DNA of 64,000 nucleotides from Eledone cirrhosa (Eukaryota). The notes under the pieces were generated by a model that had not been told where the DNA came from, did no database searches, and saw nothing but the letters and a program-made list of their open reading frames with translations. This document shows, piece by piece, positions 51,183 to 64,000 of this stretch. How positions within the stretch are numbered: the stretch's first letter is position 1; each line of letters begins with the position of its first letter. The position numbers were made by a program, and so were the translations under genes. The DNA is taken from the NCBI GenBank assembly GCA_964016885.1, contig OZ024745.1:74834001-74898000 (forward strand), written 5' to 3'.

Positions 51183-51371
51183 CTTTCGTTGCTTCTGTTT
51201 CTTTCGCTTAGCTGCTTTTGTGGTTGAAGATTTCTCTGTGTTTGATGCTGACTTAGCCCAGTTTGAGTCATCATAACCATTAATGTAACGTACTAAATCA
51301 TCTAAACCTCTATGATCAAGGAGATAAGGAACCTGATCATCATCAGACTTTTTCTGTACTTTAGCTTCTTT
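51183..51371 (-). CDS. FAM193A: FAM193-family protein exon
   Basis: LDHRGLDDLVRYING...KAAKRKKQKQRK matches FAM193 DHRRVEDLLQFIN...AAKRARHKQRK. Confidence 0.92.
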
Positions 51372-51954
51372 CTAAATATGAAAATAAATTGAAACAATTC
51401 AACATTTTGGATTTAACCCAGCACTGGTTCTATGAAACAAAACTAGCCATTTTAAACCATACACTTTCCATCTACCAAATTTTACTCACAGAGACCAATC
51501 CTGAAACCAAGTGGTTGTGAAGTGAACTCCTTAACCACACAGCCATGACTGCATGAGGACACAACTAACGTTAGTGCCAAAATAAAATGCACTCGGCCCA
51601 AATTGTAAAGTGGTAGTACTGGTGCCATACAAAAATGTCTCCAGTCTACTCAGCATGTGGTGATACTGGTGCCATGATAAAATGCACCCAGTCCATATTG
51701 TAAAGTGGTAGTACTGGTGCCATGATAAAATGCATACAGTACACACTGTAAACTGGTTGACATTACAAAAGGCATCCAGCCATAGAAACCATGCCAAAAT
51801 GGAATCTAATGGAACAAGAGATGGTCTCCGACATGTCTAATCATGTGACAATCCATCCAACACGTCAGCATGGAAAACAGACATAAAATGGTGATGATGA
51901 TACACACACACATGCACACACAAGATATTGTTAAAAAGTTCTTTGAGTTCTTAC

Positions 51955-52026
51955 CCGTCGTCTGAGTTTCAACTGTAGTTTTTCTCGCATTTCATAGAAT
52001 TTATGACTAGTAGGTGCTTTAGGTGG
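51955..52026 (-). CDS. FAM193A: FAM193-family protein exon
   Basis: PPKAPTSHKFYEMREKLQLKLRRR matches FAM193 PPAAPTSRNYAEMREKLRLRL. Confidence 0.93.
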
Positions 52027-53344
52027 CTGTAAATAGAATAGATTGATAAAGGTTCAGTTTTAACAAAGTCAATTATTGGAAGATAGAGATTAAGATAAAC
52101 TAAAAAAATATTATATGTAATTAAAAATGAACCTAACCCTTTAATGACTGCATTTCTAATAAAATACACTCATTTTAATTAATTAATGGAGAATTTCAAG
52201 GGATTTACTGAAATTATTAATTATTTGATTACAAAGATAGTAACTTAATGTAAGGTTCTTATATAAAATTATGTTTGAAGATTTTAATTTAAATTGGAAA
52301 CCTTTAAAATGGGTGGTTTTATTTCATAAAACCAGAGCCAATTTTGGCTGGATTGGTAACTAAAGGGTTAAAATGTGTTTGTGTAACTGTGACTTTCAAT
52401 TTCAATTACTGTATTATTAACTGTAAGGTTAATAGATCAAATCCTGTAACAGCTACTGTTATGTGTATTTGAAGAAGGAACATTACTCTGTTTGCCTCAA
52501 TATTTCTTATGTTAATGTTTCTTCATTAACTATTATAATTTCTTTTTTAACCATTTCATTACCATATCTCTAATGAAAGACATTGCCTATAACTTTCAAA
52601 TCATTTTGGAAATAATCAGGAATTTCAGTAATATAACTTTTTCAACATAAAGCTGATGTTTGGAACATAACACAACAAAGGTTCTCATATAAAATTATGA
52701 TGGAAAGATTTTAGATAAATATAAACACATAAAACAGTTTTATATCATAAAACCAGTGAGAGTTAGCTATAAAAAGAGTTAAATCTCTTTCTTGGCAGGG
52801 ATTACCTGCACTTATACTTGCCAAAAATGTCCTACAGAAGGGTGTACTTTCTAATTCATTCAATTGTAAAACAGCAGAAGTAGTAGTTAAGCAGTATAAC
52901 ATGTCTTGCTTAAGGACTTCATGCAATGCCTGTGGTGATGTTTGAAACCATGTAACAGAAGTTGTTAGTTAAACTCCTTAATGAACCAGTCACAAAATAA
53001 TATCTCTAAGCCATTATCTTCATTGACATTGTATCTGTACTAATATGCTGGTGTGGGATGACTCAGTCTGTAACTCAGAAGGACTCCATGTATCAATATT
53101 CCATATATCTTCTATAAGATTTAATGTTTTAATCTCTCTAAACAAGTGTTTTAAGATAATTTTCCTTGAGGGCCTCATGATAAGCTTTACGATAAAATCA
53201 TCATGGGGTCGTTTGCAAAGCAATGAATTATGGCCAGGTGTAATTTCTGGCACCAACACTTTTAGTTGTCTCTTACAACACACAGGGTTGTGGTGTACCT
53301 ATTCTAAATTGGATACACAGTGGTATATTCAAACAACTGTTTCT

Positions 53345-54097
53345 TAATATATATCTACATAACACCTAATATATATCTACTACATCATACCTAATATATA
53401 TCTATATCATACCTAATATTTATCTACTATATCATACCTAATATATATCTACATCACACCTAATATTCATCTACATCACACCTAATATTCATCTACATCA
53501 TACCTTATATCTACTACATCATACCTAATATATATCTACTACATCATACCTAATATATATTTACATCAAACCTAATATATATCTATTACATCAAACCTAA
53601 TATATATTTACATCATACCTAATATATATCTACATCATACCTAATATATATCTACATCATACCTAATATATATTTACTACATCATACCTAATATATATCT
53701 ACATCATACCTAATATATATTTACTACATCATACCTAATATATATCTACATCATACCTAATATATATCTACTACATCATACCTAATATATATCTACATCA
53801 TACCTCGTATATATCTACATCATACTTAATATATATCTACATCATACCTAATATATATCTACATCATACCTAATATGTATCTATTACACCATACCTAATA
53901 TATATCTACTACATCATACTTAATATATATCTACTACATCATACTTAATATATATCTACATCATACTTAATATATATCTACATCATATCTAATATATATC
54001 TACATCATACCTAATATATATCTACATCATACCTAATATATATCTACATCATACCTAATATATATTTACTACATCATACCTAATATATATCTACATC
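53345..54097. repeat. 22/25-bp minisatellite
   Basis: Unit CATCATACCTAATATATATCTA(CTA). Confidence 0.95.
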
Positions 54098-54371
54098 AGC
54101 AGTAATATCTACAATGTGTACCATGGCTGTGTAGTTAAGGAGTTTGCTTCACAACCACATGATTCTGGGTTCTGTCCTATGGCACAGTACTTTGGGCTTC
54201 TACCATAGTCTCAGGTTAACCAATGTCTTGCGAGTCAAATTTGGTAGACAGAAATTGCAGATACCCACTCGCTCTGCGCGTGTGCGTCTGTCTGTCCATC
54301 CGTCCTGTAAACTAGCAGTTCAACAAAAGAGATATCAATAAAATATGTACAGGGGTTGATATGATCGACTA

Positions 54372-54893
<522 letters not shown>

Positions 54894-55104
54894 TTAGAAA
54901 CTAAAACTCAATCAGGGAAAAAAAAATCAAATAAACATGAGGTCCTTTTTGAAGCAATGTTTTACAGATGTCCCTAATAGCACCAACTATTCTAGTCACC
55001 ACTTGTAACACATAAGGATACAGTGTACCTATTTTAAACCAGACAGTATTAGTACATGAATGATTAAAATGTAGTATTACAGTATTGAAATGTAATATTT
55101 TTAA

Positions 55105-55740
55105 TATAAATATATTCTATCTGGCTGTGAAACCTGGACTCTATATCATTGCGATATCCAAAAATTTGAACACTTTCACCAGCAAAAGCTTCATTCAATC
55201 TTTAACATCAAATGGGAACACTATGTGACCAACAACAAAATCTTTGAGAGATCCATCAGTCAAAGACTGAATTGCTGATCATGAAACACTGTCCTCGGGT
55301 GTCAGGATATGTAGCAAAAATGGAAGAGTCAAGGTTTCCACATCAAGTCTTATTCAGTGAGCTAACTTCAGGGAAAAGACCAGAGGGTTGCCCTCTTTGA
55401 AGATATAGGGACCAACTTAAAGCAACACTGAAAGCCACTAGACTTGACCTAAATCATTTGAAACATAAGCCTGAGACTGTACCAATTGGTGGTATTCCAT
55501 CACAATCAGAACCAAAAACTTCAAAGCCACCAGAAGAGAAAAGGAAGAAATCAAACAACGAGAAAGGATATACAAGATCAACCTCATCCTCCATCAACTT
55601 TACCATGCAGTCAATACCATCGACTCTTCCATGCAAGAATTGGTCTACTTAGTCATCAATGTCATCCCCATAAAGGAAACAATCAGCAAAGAAGAAATTC
55701 TTGGATACGAAATAAAGCCAATGATGATTCTTATGATGTT
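55105..55740 (+). mobile_element. old degenerate RTE-type LINE 3' fragment
   Basis: GCETWTLY.., MEESRFPHQVLFSELTSGKRPEGCPL remnants with stops. Confidence 0.6.
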
Positions 55741-56424
55741 ATATTATTTGTATTTACTCAAATCCCGCCGAGGTTAACTTTACCTTTCATCCTTATGGGG
55801 TCGATAAAATAAAGTACCAGTAATGCACTGGGTAATTGCTGGCCTTGTGCCAAAAGTAGAAACAATTATTTGTATTTACTCAACAGATCATTATCTATAA
55901 CAATTAAGGAAGGAATGGAACAGACTGGATACACTCTTAGTCTCGCATAAACGTCCACCCCACCCCCACTCCAAACCACTTATTAAATTTTGTTAATCTA
56001 TCCCCTGTAAAACTTTATTTTAAGTGGTAGCATTCCTTCAACAATTAATTTTCTTTAGACATTAAAAAACATTATAAATGACAAAAAAAGAACATTTCAA
56101 AAAATTCCATGTAGGATGGGTTGGGGTAAACTAAACAATTGTTTTTTTTTAAATCAAGGGAGACAACCTAGAAAAATTATCGACCCCCTCCCCCATTATT
56201 TGGGACCCGAGATTAATTAGTTTTGACAATGAGTGTTCTAGTTGTTCAATCACAATGCTTGGGACGACCTGAGTTTGTGGTAAATGACACCTATCCAAGA
56301 TACCATACAGTGGAATCAAACCCATGAACTTATGGTTGCCTAGTGAACTTCTTAACTATTTGGCCATGCTACAAATACTAACACTAAATACATTATAACA
56401 AAATTAAAAATAACTATAACTTAC

Positions 56425-57423
56425 CTCAGCACCAGCTGTGTTAGCCCCATACTTCTTGCAGTGTTGGTTATGAACCTTTTCATTATGGGATGAACTGTTT
56501 CCACCGAGGGTAGCTGGACGATTACAAGAATGGCTTTTAATAGGACCATTCTGATTGTTACACTTGTGTACCTTGCTACAGACTAACGTAGTCGCAGAAG
56601 GAGACGTAGATGAAGGAGTAGCAGTAGTGAAGGGGAGGGATGGTTGCTGTGAGGATTCTTGTGGTTGCAGTAGCTCAGTTTGCTGCACCGTCACTTGCAC
56701 TTCAATTGAAGATGATTCAAGGCTAGATGAGAGATGATTAGATGGCAACGTTTCGATCACAGCTCCTTGGGAAGGCAATCCTGAGTCTGATGACGATGAT
56801 GACGGTGACGATGATGATGAACTCCTGACAAGTGACGACGTACATGGCAGTAACTCACCATTTATGCTCTCATCATATTTATGAGTATCAAGTAATAACC
56901 TAGGGTACAGTTGGGTGTTCTCCCAGTCTCCTTGGTAAGTATGTTCATGATCGGTTAATGCAGTAGCATTAGAACGCACCAACTGTACTGGTAACTTAGA
57001 CTGAGGTGAGAGAATAAATTTAGGCTGCTGTCGAAGTTGTACAACTTCGACATCCCACTGAGGTTGCAATATAGCTCGGGCGTGAGACGACGGTCCTCCA
57101 TTAACAATGCTTGCATTACTATTTGTATTATTATTAGTATTATTATTAATATTGCTATTGTTAGTGTTATTGTTACTGCTGCTGCTGCTGCTGCTACTGC
57201 AACCAGTGCTGCCAGCACCATTCACAGCAGCAGCGGCGGCAGCAGCAGCAGCAGCACTTCCATGAAGGCCATGCAAGCCAGAAGGTCCATGAATATGCGG
57301 ATAAAGATGGAGATGTGCTGGTCTGGGAAGAATAGGAACATGCTGAGGTAGTGAAGTTGAAACAGTGTTCCCGCGTTGCCGTAAACAAAAGTGACACTGA
57401 CACTGGTTATCATCAGATTTCAT
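56425..57423 (-). CDS. FAM193A: FAM193-family protein exon
   Basis: 999-bp exon with CQCHFC and HLHLYPHIHG motifs, poly-A/S/N tracts and canonical splice sites. Confidence 0.92.
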
Positions 57424-58900
57424 CTGGAGAAGAGCAAAGAAATAATATTGTTAAATGTTTATTAACTTAAATGATGATTTATTAATTTTAAAACAATCCT
57501 GCAAGATAAACACCAAAATTCAGGAACCTTTGTTATATTTTTTAATTAAAAACTTTGTCTATGATTTTCATATAATCTAGAATTTAGAGGAATTTAGTAA
57601 TATAACTAACTTTCTCATCAAATTGATGTTTGGGACATAACTTACATAAAATTATGATGGTAGGTTTTTAGATAACAACAGGCTTATAATATAGAGGTGA
57701 CATGACAAAAAGCACCCAGTCCACCCTGTTAGGTGGTCGTTTTGGTGCCACAATAAAAAGTGCCCAGTTCACACTGTAACGTAGTTGACATTAAGAAGGG
57801 CATCCAGCCATAGAAAACAAGCCAAAATACAGATCGTATGAGCAAGACGTGGTCAGCCAACCAGACTTGTCTCATAATGACAATCTGTCTAATCCATGGA
57901 AAGTGGATGTTAAGTGATAATGATGATGTTAGACATTTTGAAATAAACAGTTCTGTATTGTGGAACCAGGGAAGGTTTCAGGTGGTTTGGTACCAGAAGA
58001 GTTAAGTAGTAATTTAAAAAAAGAACAACATCTGTTGATCATCATCATTTTATGTCCACTTTCCATGTCAGCATGGGTTGGATAAGTCATTATAATAATA
58101 ATAATGAAATTATTGTGTACAGTGCTTAGGTGCACTACAACTCATCAAAGGTGCATGTATAGTACATAGAATAATGTACAATTGTCAGGAAAATGAACAG
58201 TGTACAAGTCATGAAATACATGTGTCCGTGTGTATGGAGAAATACAGCCTGCCTAGAAGTCAGAGGATCATGTCTTTTTTTGTATGTTCCATTTTTGACA
58301 TGGTTTCTGTGGTCGGATGGCTTTCCTAACATCAACTTCTTTACAGAATAACACCAATACTAGTGAGGTTATTAGTGCCCTGCAATGGCTAACGAGTCTT
58401 CACCACTTTACTGTGTTTCTGTTCCTTCCAGGCAACATGGCCAAGAATTGAAAGGGTTGGGGAAGAGTAAAGTAAGAGGACAGTAGAGGAGGGAGTAATG
58501 AGAGAGTGAGAGGGGAGGCAGCAAACAACAACTCACTAAGACATATATAAAAGGACAGCTAATATCATCATCATTAGTGTTTTACGTCCATTCTTCCACG
58601 TTAGACGGGTTCTCCTGTTGTGGGCAATGTTAGGTCAGGTGACTTTGTCTTGCTCACACAGGAACTGATTTTGGCTTATTTCTACAGCTGGTTGCCCTTC
58701 CTAACACCAACCTCATTTACAGTGAGTGCTGGGTGCTTTTTTTCCGTGGCGCCTACACGTTCACTTTACAGTGTGGTCTGGGTGTTTTATTATTGTGATA
58801 CCTGCACGAGCATTTTGCAGTAGGAGGGGATGGGGGCATATTGTCATATATTTACATATAATCAACTATGAAAAACTGCCATCAAACAGTTTATACTCAC

Positions 58901-59171
58901 AAGTTTTTCTGAGTTTGTTGTAATATAACGATGATAGTCACAGTTCTCAGCAGTTCCATCCAAAGAAGAACCATTTTGTTTTTTATCATCTTCCCATGAA
59001 AATATGGAAATATCCAATATTCCATTTGTCATCTGTGCAATGGTGTTAGCATTATCTAAACCCAAATTAGTTCCTTTGTGGTGTTCTCCCTCTTCATCAT
59101 CTATTACATCATCATCATCATCATCATCATCAACATCAGACTGACTATCATCATTTTCAGCATCACCATTT
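58901..59171 (-). CDS. FAM193A: FAM193-family protein exon
   Basis: Acidic exon NGDAENDDSQSD...NSEKL; ttcag acceptor, gtgagt donor, phase-compatible with neighbours. Confidence 0.85.
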
Positions 59172-60229
59172 CTGAAAAAAATATTGAAAACAATAGTCAT
59201 ATAAGCTATTTCTAAAATGTTATAAATTAACCAGAGTTGAAATCTAATATCGATTAAGTGAGTAAAATAAATTAAATCAATACTCTTGGGTCCCAAATAA
59301 TGGTTGCCTCCATTGATTTTTTTTTTTTAAATCTAGAATTGGTCGTTTAGTTTACATATTGAGACTCCAACCCATCCTATTTATTTTATAATGTATGAGA
59401 TCTCTTGTAATGTTCTTTTTTTGTCAATTGTTTTTTAATGGCTAAAGAATCCCTGGTTTCACTTTGGAGGCGAAATTTGTTTTTCCTATCGTTTTTATGT
59501 GTTTTGAATGAATATGGCCTTAAAAACGGTTGGAAATTATTCATTTTTTTAGTTAACTGAGTGAGGGGCCATGCAGACACGAAATAGGTGTAATAGTAAA
59601 AATCTACCTCAAACATTAATACTTGTACAACAGTAAATGTTTCCAAGTGTTTTAAGGCATGCATTTCATTCACGTGTATGCAGATTAAATAAAAATCTGT
59701 TGCATTTGGGAGATGGTGCTATTATTTTCTGCCGAGGTTGACTTTGCCTTTCATTCTTACAGGGTCGATAAAATAAAGTACCAGTAATGCACTGGGTAAT
59801 TGCTGGCCTTGTGCCTAAAGTAGAAACAATTATTTTCTGATAAAAAAAATCGCAAAGTACTCTCACAATGTGAGTGGCCAGAAGTACAATATTTAAGAAA
59901 CTTGTTGAAACTTTATAAAACAGATGAAATGATAAGAAAATAATTACGTAATGGAGTTGTGAAACAAGGACTATATTCTAAACGGCACTTGAAATATTTT
60001 AAATATCAAAACTTTATAAATACATTCTCCACTTATGAGAATTTCAAAACCGTGCCATCTAAACATAATGTGTTGATTAGCCGGCTTGATTTATACACAG
60101 GGTTTGGATTTTTGCCCATTTCTCAGACATAAAATAGGGGATCAGCTTATATTCTAGTATATACAGTAATTTCAAAAAGAATACCTTCAAAAGTATAGTT
60201 TCAAATGGAAGGATAAATATATGACTTAC

Positions 60230-60469
60230 TCAAGCGGCTGAGAACATTCATCTATACTAATTGGTAACTGATCTAAATCAATGACAGGGCTTGAAGAACA
60301 ACTACTAGATGTAGTGCTGGATATAGAGGCAGCACTGACATCTGCAACACAATAATTGGAATCATGTAGAAAACCAAGATGCTGGTGAGGGACTGCAGAT
60401 TCACATTTATCACTTGGTAGCTGACAGCAGATATTTACATGATCTGAAGAAGTTTCATGACATAAGCAG
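60230..60469 (-). CDS. FAM193A: FAM193-family protein exon
   Basis: 240-bp open exon CLCHETSS...ADVSAASISSTTSSSCSSSP, phase 2-2. Confidence 0.82.
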
Positions 60470-60639
60470 CTGAAAAAAAAAACAAAAAAAAAAACAGTAA
60501 GATAGTTGTTTCAAAATATTTACATAATCATCATCATTTTATGTTTATTTTTTATTCTGGCATGGGTTAGACTATATGTAATCAGTATTTATCTTGTGAG
60601 TTGTACTAGTCATAGTTTTGGCATAAGTTTTCTGGATGG

Positions 60640-60985
60640 CTGCCCTTCCTATCAACAATCCCTTTACTGTGTGAATTGTGTACATTTTATCATACCAGTG
60701 TCCCTAGAGAAGTTGTTTGGCAGGACTTAAGAATTCTCACTACCCTGTATTAGTTTTTATTCAGAGTGACTGCTCTCCTGGACAGGTTGACTTCACTATG
60801 TCTTACGATTTCCTGCCCTTCCTATCAACAATCCCTTTACTGTGTGAATTGTGTACATTTTATCATACCAGTGTCCCTAGAGAAGTTGTTTGGCAGGACT
60901 TAAGAATTCTCACTACCCTGTATTAGTTTTTATTCAGAGTGACTGCTCTCCTGGACAGGTTGACTTCACTATGTCTTACGATTTC
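60640..60985. repeat. exact tandem duplication, 2 x 173 bp
   Basis: 60640-60812 matches 60813-60985. Confidence 0.9.
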
Positions 60986-61296
60986 TGACTTGATGATATA
61001 AGAAAAAAATGGTGATAGGAATGAGAATTAAAAAGGAAATCAGCTTTTATAGTTCATGATTTTTATGCAAACGTGTACAATAAATAACAAACAAATAAAA
61101 TTTGTTAAATAATTTCTATTGAAAGACATAATCGAGAGGCTGGATATAGCTAACTTTGTAATATCAGACAAATTGGAAGTGCTTGAGGAAAATATTAACC
61201 CTTTGATACTAAATCACTTGAAACCATCCCTGGTTTTACAATAAGCTGTTTATTTTTATCTAAAATATTTTCATCATAATTTTATTGTTGAAGAAA

Positions 61297-62208
61297 TCTA
61301 TATATATAAAACTGAGGTTGTCTGTCTGTCTGTTTACTAAAACGGTCGGCACACATCTCCTCCTAAACCGTACGTTCAAATTTCGGTGAAATTGCTACAC
61401 TTATAGATGAAGGTCCGGCGGAGTCCAGTCAAAATAAATTTTCAAATCGACCCATGCCAAGTGCAAAAATCGAATTTGTAATGTATTGATTTTTCAGTTC
61501 AAATGTATAAATAGAGATGAGAGACGAGTTATTTCCCTTTTATGGCGTCATTCTGTCTATCCATTTACATTAAGAATATACGAAGCGTGCAAAAGTACAA
61601 AAATAGGCAAACAGTTTTCGGACCAGCAAAATTTTAACCTGCAAAATTCATGAGTTCGAAGTTTCAACATTTTGCTTCATTTCCATTAAAAAGACTTTTA
61701 AAACAATATTTTTACTTGAAAACAAGCCTATTTGAATACACCGTAAAACAAGCAAATATTTTGTAAAAAAAGCATTGATCTATATATATAATCTCGAATA
61801 AAGCCTTATGAGATTTTCATTTAGAAGCAATGATTTTAAACGACAGATAACGCCTTTTTTTTTTTTTTTTTTTTCTCTTCATGTCCATCCAATTTCTTTG
61901 TTTCAAAATAACTGATAGTTTGGTTACGCTGATGTTTTTCTCTGAGACAAGTGTTGCAGTGTTTACATTTTCGATTTTTATTAATAGATTACCAGTGCAG
62001 TTTTTATCCCCAGCATCCTCTTTTGTTTTAACATTCGGGTTATGGTTATGTTTTCTTAACTTCATAAGGCATACTGTTGGTTGAGGGAATATTAATCAAA
62101 AGTACCACATGAAAGTCTACACTGTTTTTAAGCCAAGAAAGGAACTCAACATTGTAACTTTAACACAGCTACTGAGCAGCCCCGAGCAACGCCAGGCTTT
62201 ACTGCTAG
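61297..62208 (+). mobile_element. non-autonomous Helitron inserted in a TTAA MITE
   Basis: A|TCTATATATATAAAACTGAGGTTGTCTGTCTGTC ... CCCGAGCAACGCCAGG..CTAG|T. Confidence 0.85.
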
Positions 62209-62336
62209 TTAGTTATATTACTAAATCCCTCAAAAATTCCTGATTATTTTCAAAATTAATTGAAAATGATAACCAGTGTCTTTCATTAGAAATATGGCAA
62301 CAAAAGAGTTAAACTGAGTAAAACAAATACACAAAC

Positions 62337-62446
62337 CTGCCAGAACCGTCTGCATTTTCAGAAACACTCTTTTCAAGTAACTTCCATTGCTTCTTGAAAA
62401 ATTCCCAATCTTCTGCCAGTATCTTATGTCTCATTTTCAGTGACTG
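62337..62446 (-). CDS. FAM193A: FAM193-family protein exon (most 5' exon found in the window)
   Basis: QSLKMRHKILAEDWEFFKKQ resembles FAM193A MLKEDWELFKQR; canonical splice sites. Confidence 0.85.
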
Positions 62447-64000
62447 CTGGAAAATATATTGTATAGTAATTCAAACAGAAAAGATAATATTCATGTATGT
62501 TTTTTTCTTTATCAACCAAAACTTTTGACACCAAACTGCCACTGGTTTTATGATACAAAACAGCAAATATTTATTCTAGTTGCTTCAGACAATACTGTTT
62601 ATAAAAGCATTAGTTTTCCTCATGTCAACTACTATATATATATATATAGATGTTGGCGGGATTCTTTTCCAAATATATAGTTAGAAGCAACTATGATAAA
62701 TATTTGTTGACCAATACACATGGGAGCAATATTTTACAAAGTGAAATTATATTCAGCATTCAATTAAATCCATTAATCAATTTAACTGAATGCTATCTCA
62801 TTAATTATACACACAACATTGTGATAGCAACAATCACATTAACTTCAATGAAAGTTAAATCATGTTTATAACAAAGAGAAGTGATCACGAAAAAATATTC
62901 AAACAAATTATTTATAAAAATATAATCAAGTCTAGACTATCACAAAAAATAAAGTAAATTTACAGTTCACAATTATGCAGTTGCATCTCATTGGAGGTTT
63001 CTCAGATGTTTTAATGATAGGAACTCTAGTCCTATCAAGAAAAGCAATGTGTCTTGCTTAAGAACACTGTATGTTGTCCTGTCCAGGAATTGAACCCACA
63101 ACCTGAGGATCATAAGTCTAACCACTAAGCCACAAGCATTCATTATTACAAAAAGGGATCATACAGTAACTTATGGCCACTTGAACATATCAATTTCACA
63201 ATATATTTTAATTTTAAAACTAACCATATATATTCTGAAATTTAAAAAGCAACATCTGCTTAATGTTAAATAAATGTTTAAAGTGTGTTTCTTTAGTTAA
63301 GGGTCAATATTTTTCACTCTGTTCAGATATCTTCAGTTGGTAAAATGTTTTTCAATTAAGGAATTAGAAGATGTAATTATCTAATTCAGAGCTCCCCAAG
63401 CTTTTCACATTGGCAACACACTTTTTAAAATATAATTTTTCAGGATATGTTAAATATGTTTTGTTACAACATTAAGTGTTTCAGGGTAATTTTCCTTGCT
63501 AAAACAGAAGTTTCCTTAACAGATTCCATGACAAACTTAATCATGTTTATCATGGGGGTCCTTTCTGATTTGTGACAGGATGGATGCCTTTCTTGGTGCA
63601 AACCCTTTTAGTTGCCTCTTATGACACAGGGATATGGTGTACATATTCTAAACTGGATACACATACTAAGTATTAATTAAGTTTTGTTAGTGACACATAA
63701 CAAATGAAATTAATAAATAAACAATTAAATATCATACCATGTGTCACCAGTGACAATGTGGTTAATTGTAAGCAAAGTTGTCAGATCTAAAATTATCATC
63801 ATTTAACGTGCATTTTCCATGCTACTTAATTTCATGAAACACTAAAATGTTGCAACACATAATTTAGAAACCTCTGACATAATTATATAAATGGTCACCA
63901 AGAAGAAGCTTTTTAAGATCATTTTCCCACTAAAGAAGAGCTTAGCCTTGCAGGCCCCATGATAGACTTCATAGTCATCATGGGGTCTGTTTTGAAACAA

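Overview
AT-rich eukaryotic (metazoan) genomic DNA with long introns, (CAT)n/(TA)n microsatellites and dense tRNA-derived SINEs. The repeat content suggests an octopus-like coleoid cephalopod (inference). Three spliced host genes can be rebuilt from GT-AG junctions and conserved motifs: the last two exons of GFER/ALR (+, 546-3669), a complete 7-exon HOGA1 (+, 15200-30768), and 11 3' exons of a FAM193-family gene (-, 62446-37349). Mobile DNA includes a deleted mariner, a decayed RepHel Helitron with a second Helitron nested 6 bp inside its 5' end, a third non-autonomous Helitron, RTE, CR1 and REL-type LINE fragments, several MITE families, and a ~3.1 kb 23-bp minisatellite interrupted by a CR1 that is itself interrupted by an RTE. 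The standout lies in HOGA1 intron 1: a near full-length rhabdovirus-like nucleoprotein (N) gene (18573-~19858, - strand). It sits between a 132-bp partial LTR and a polypurine tract plus full LTR whose first 132 bp are identical to the partial copy. This reads as an RNA-virus gene captured by an LTR retrotransposon, antisense to both the LTR and the host gene. All homology calls are by eye from remembered motifs; no searches were run.
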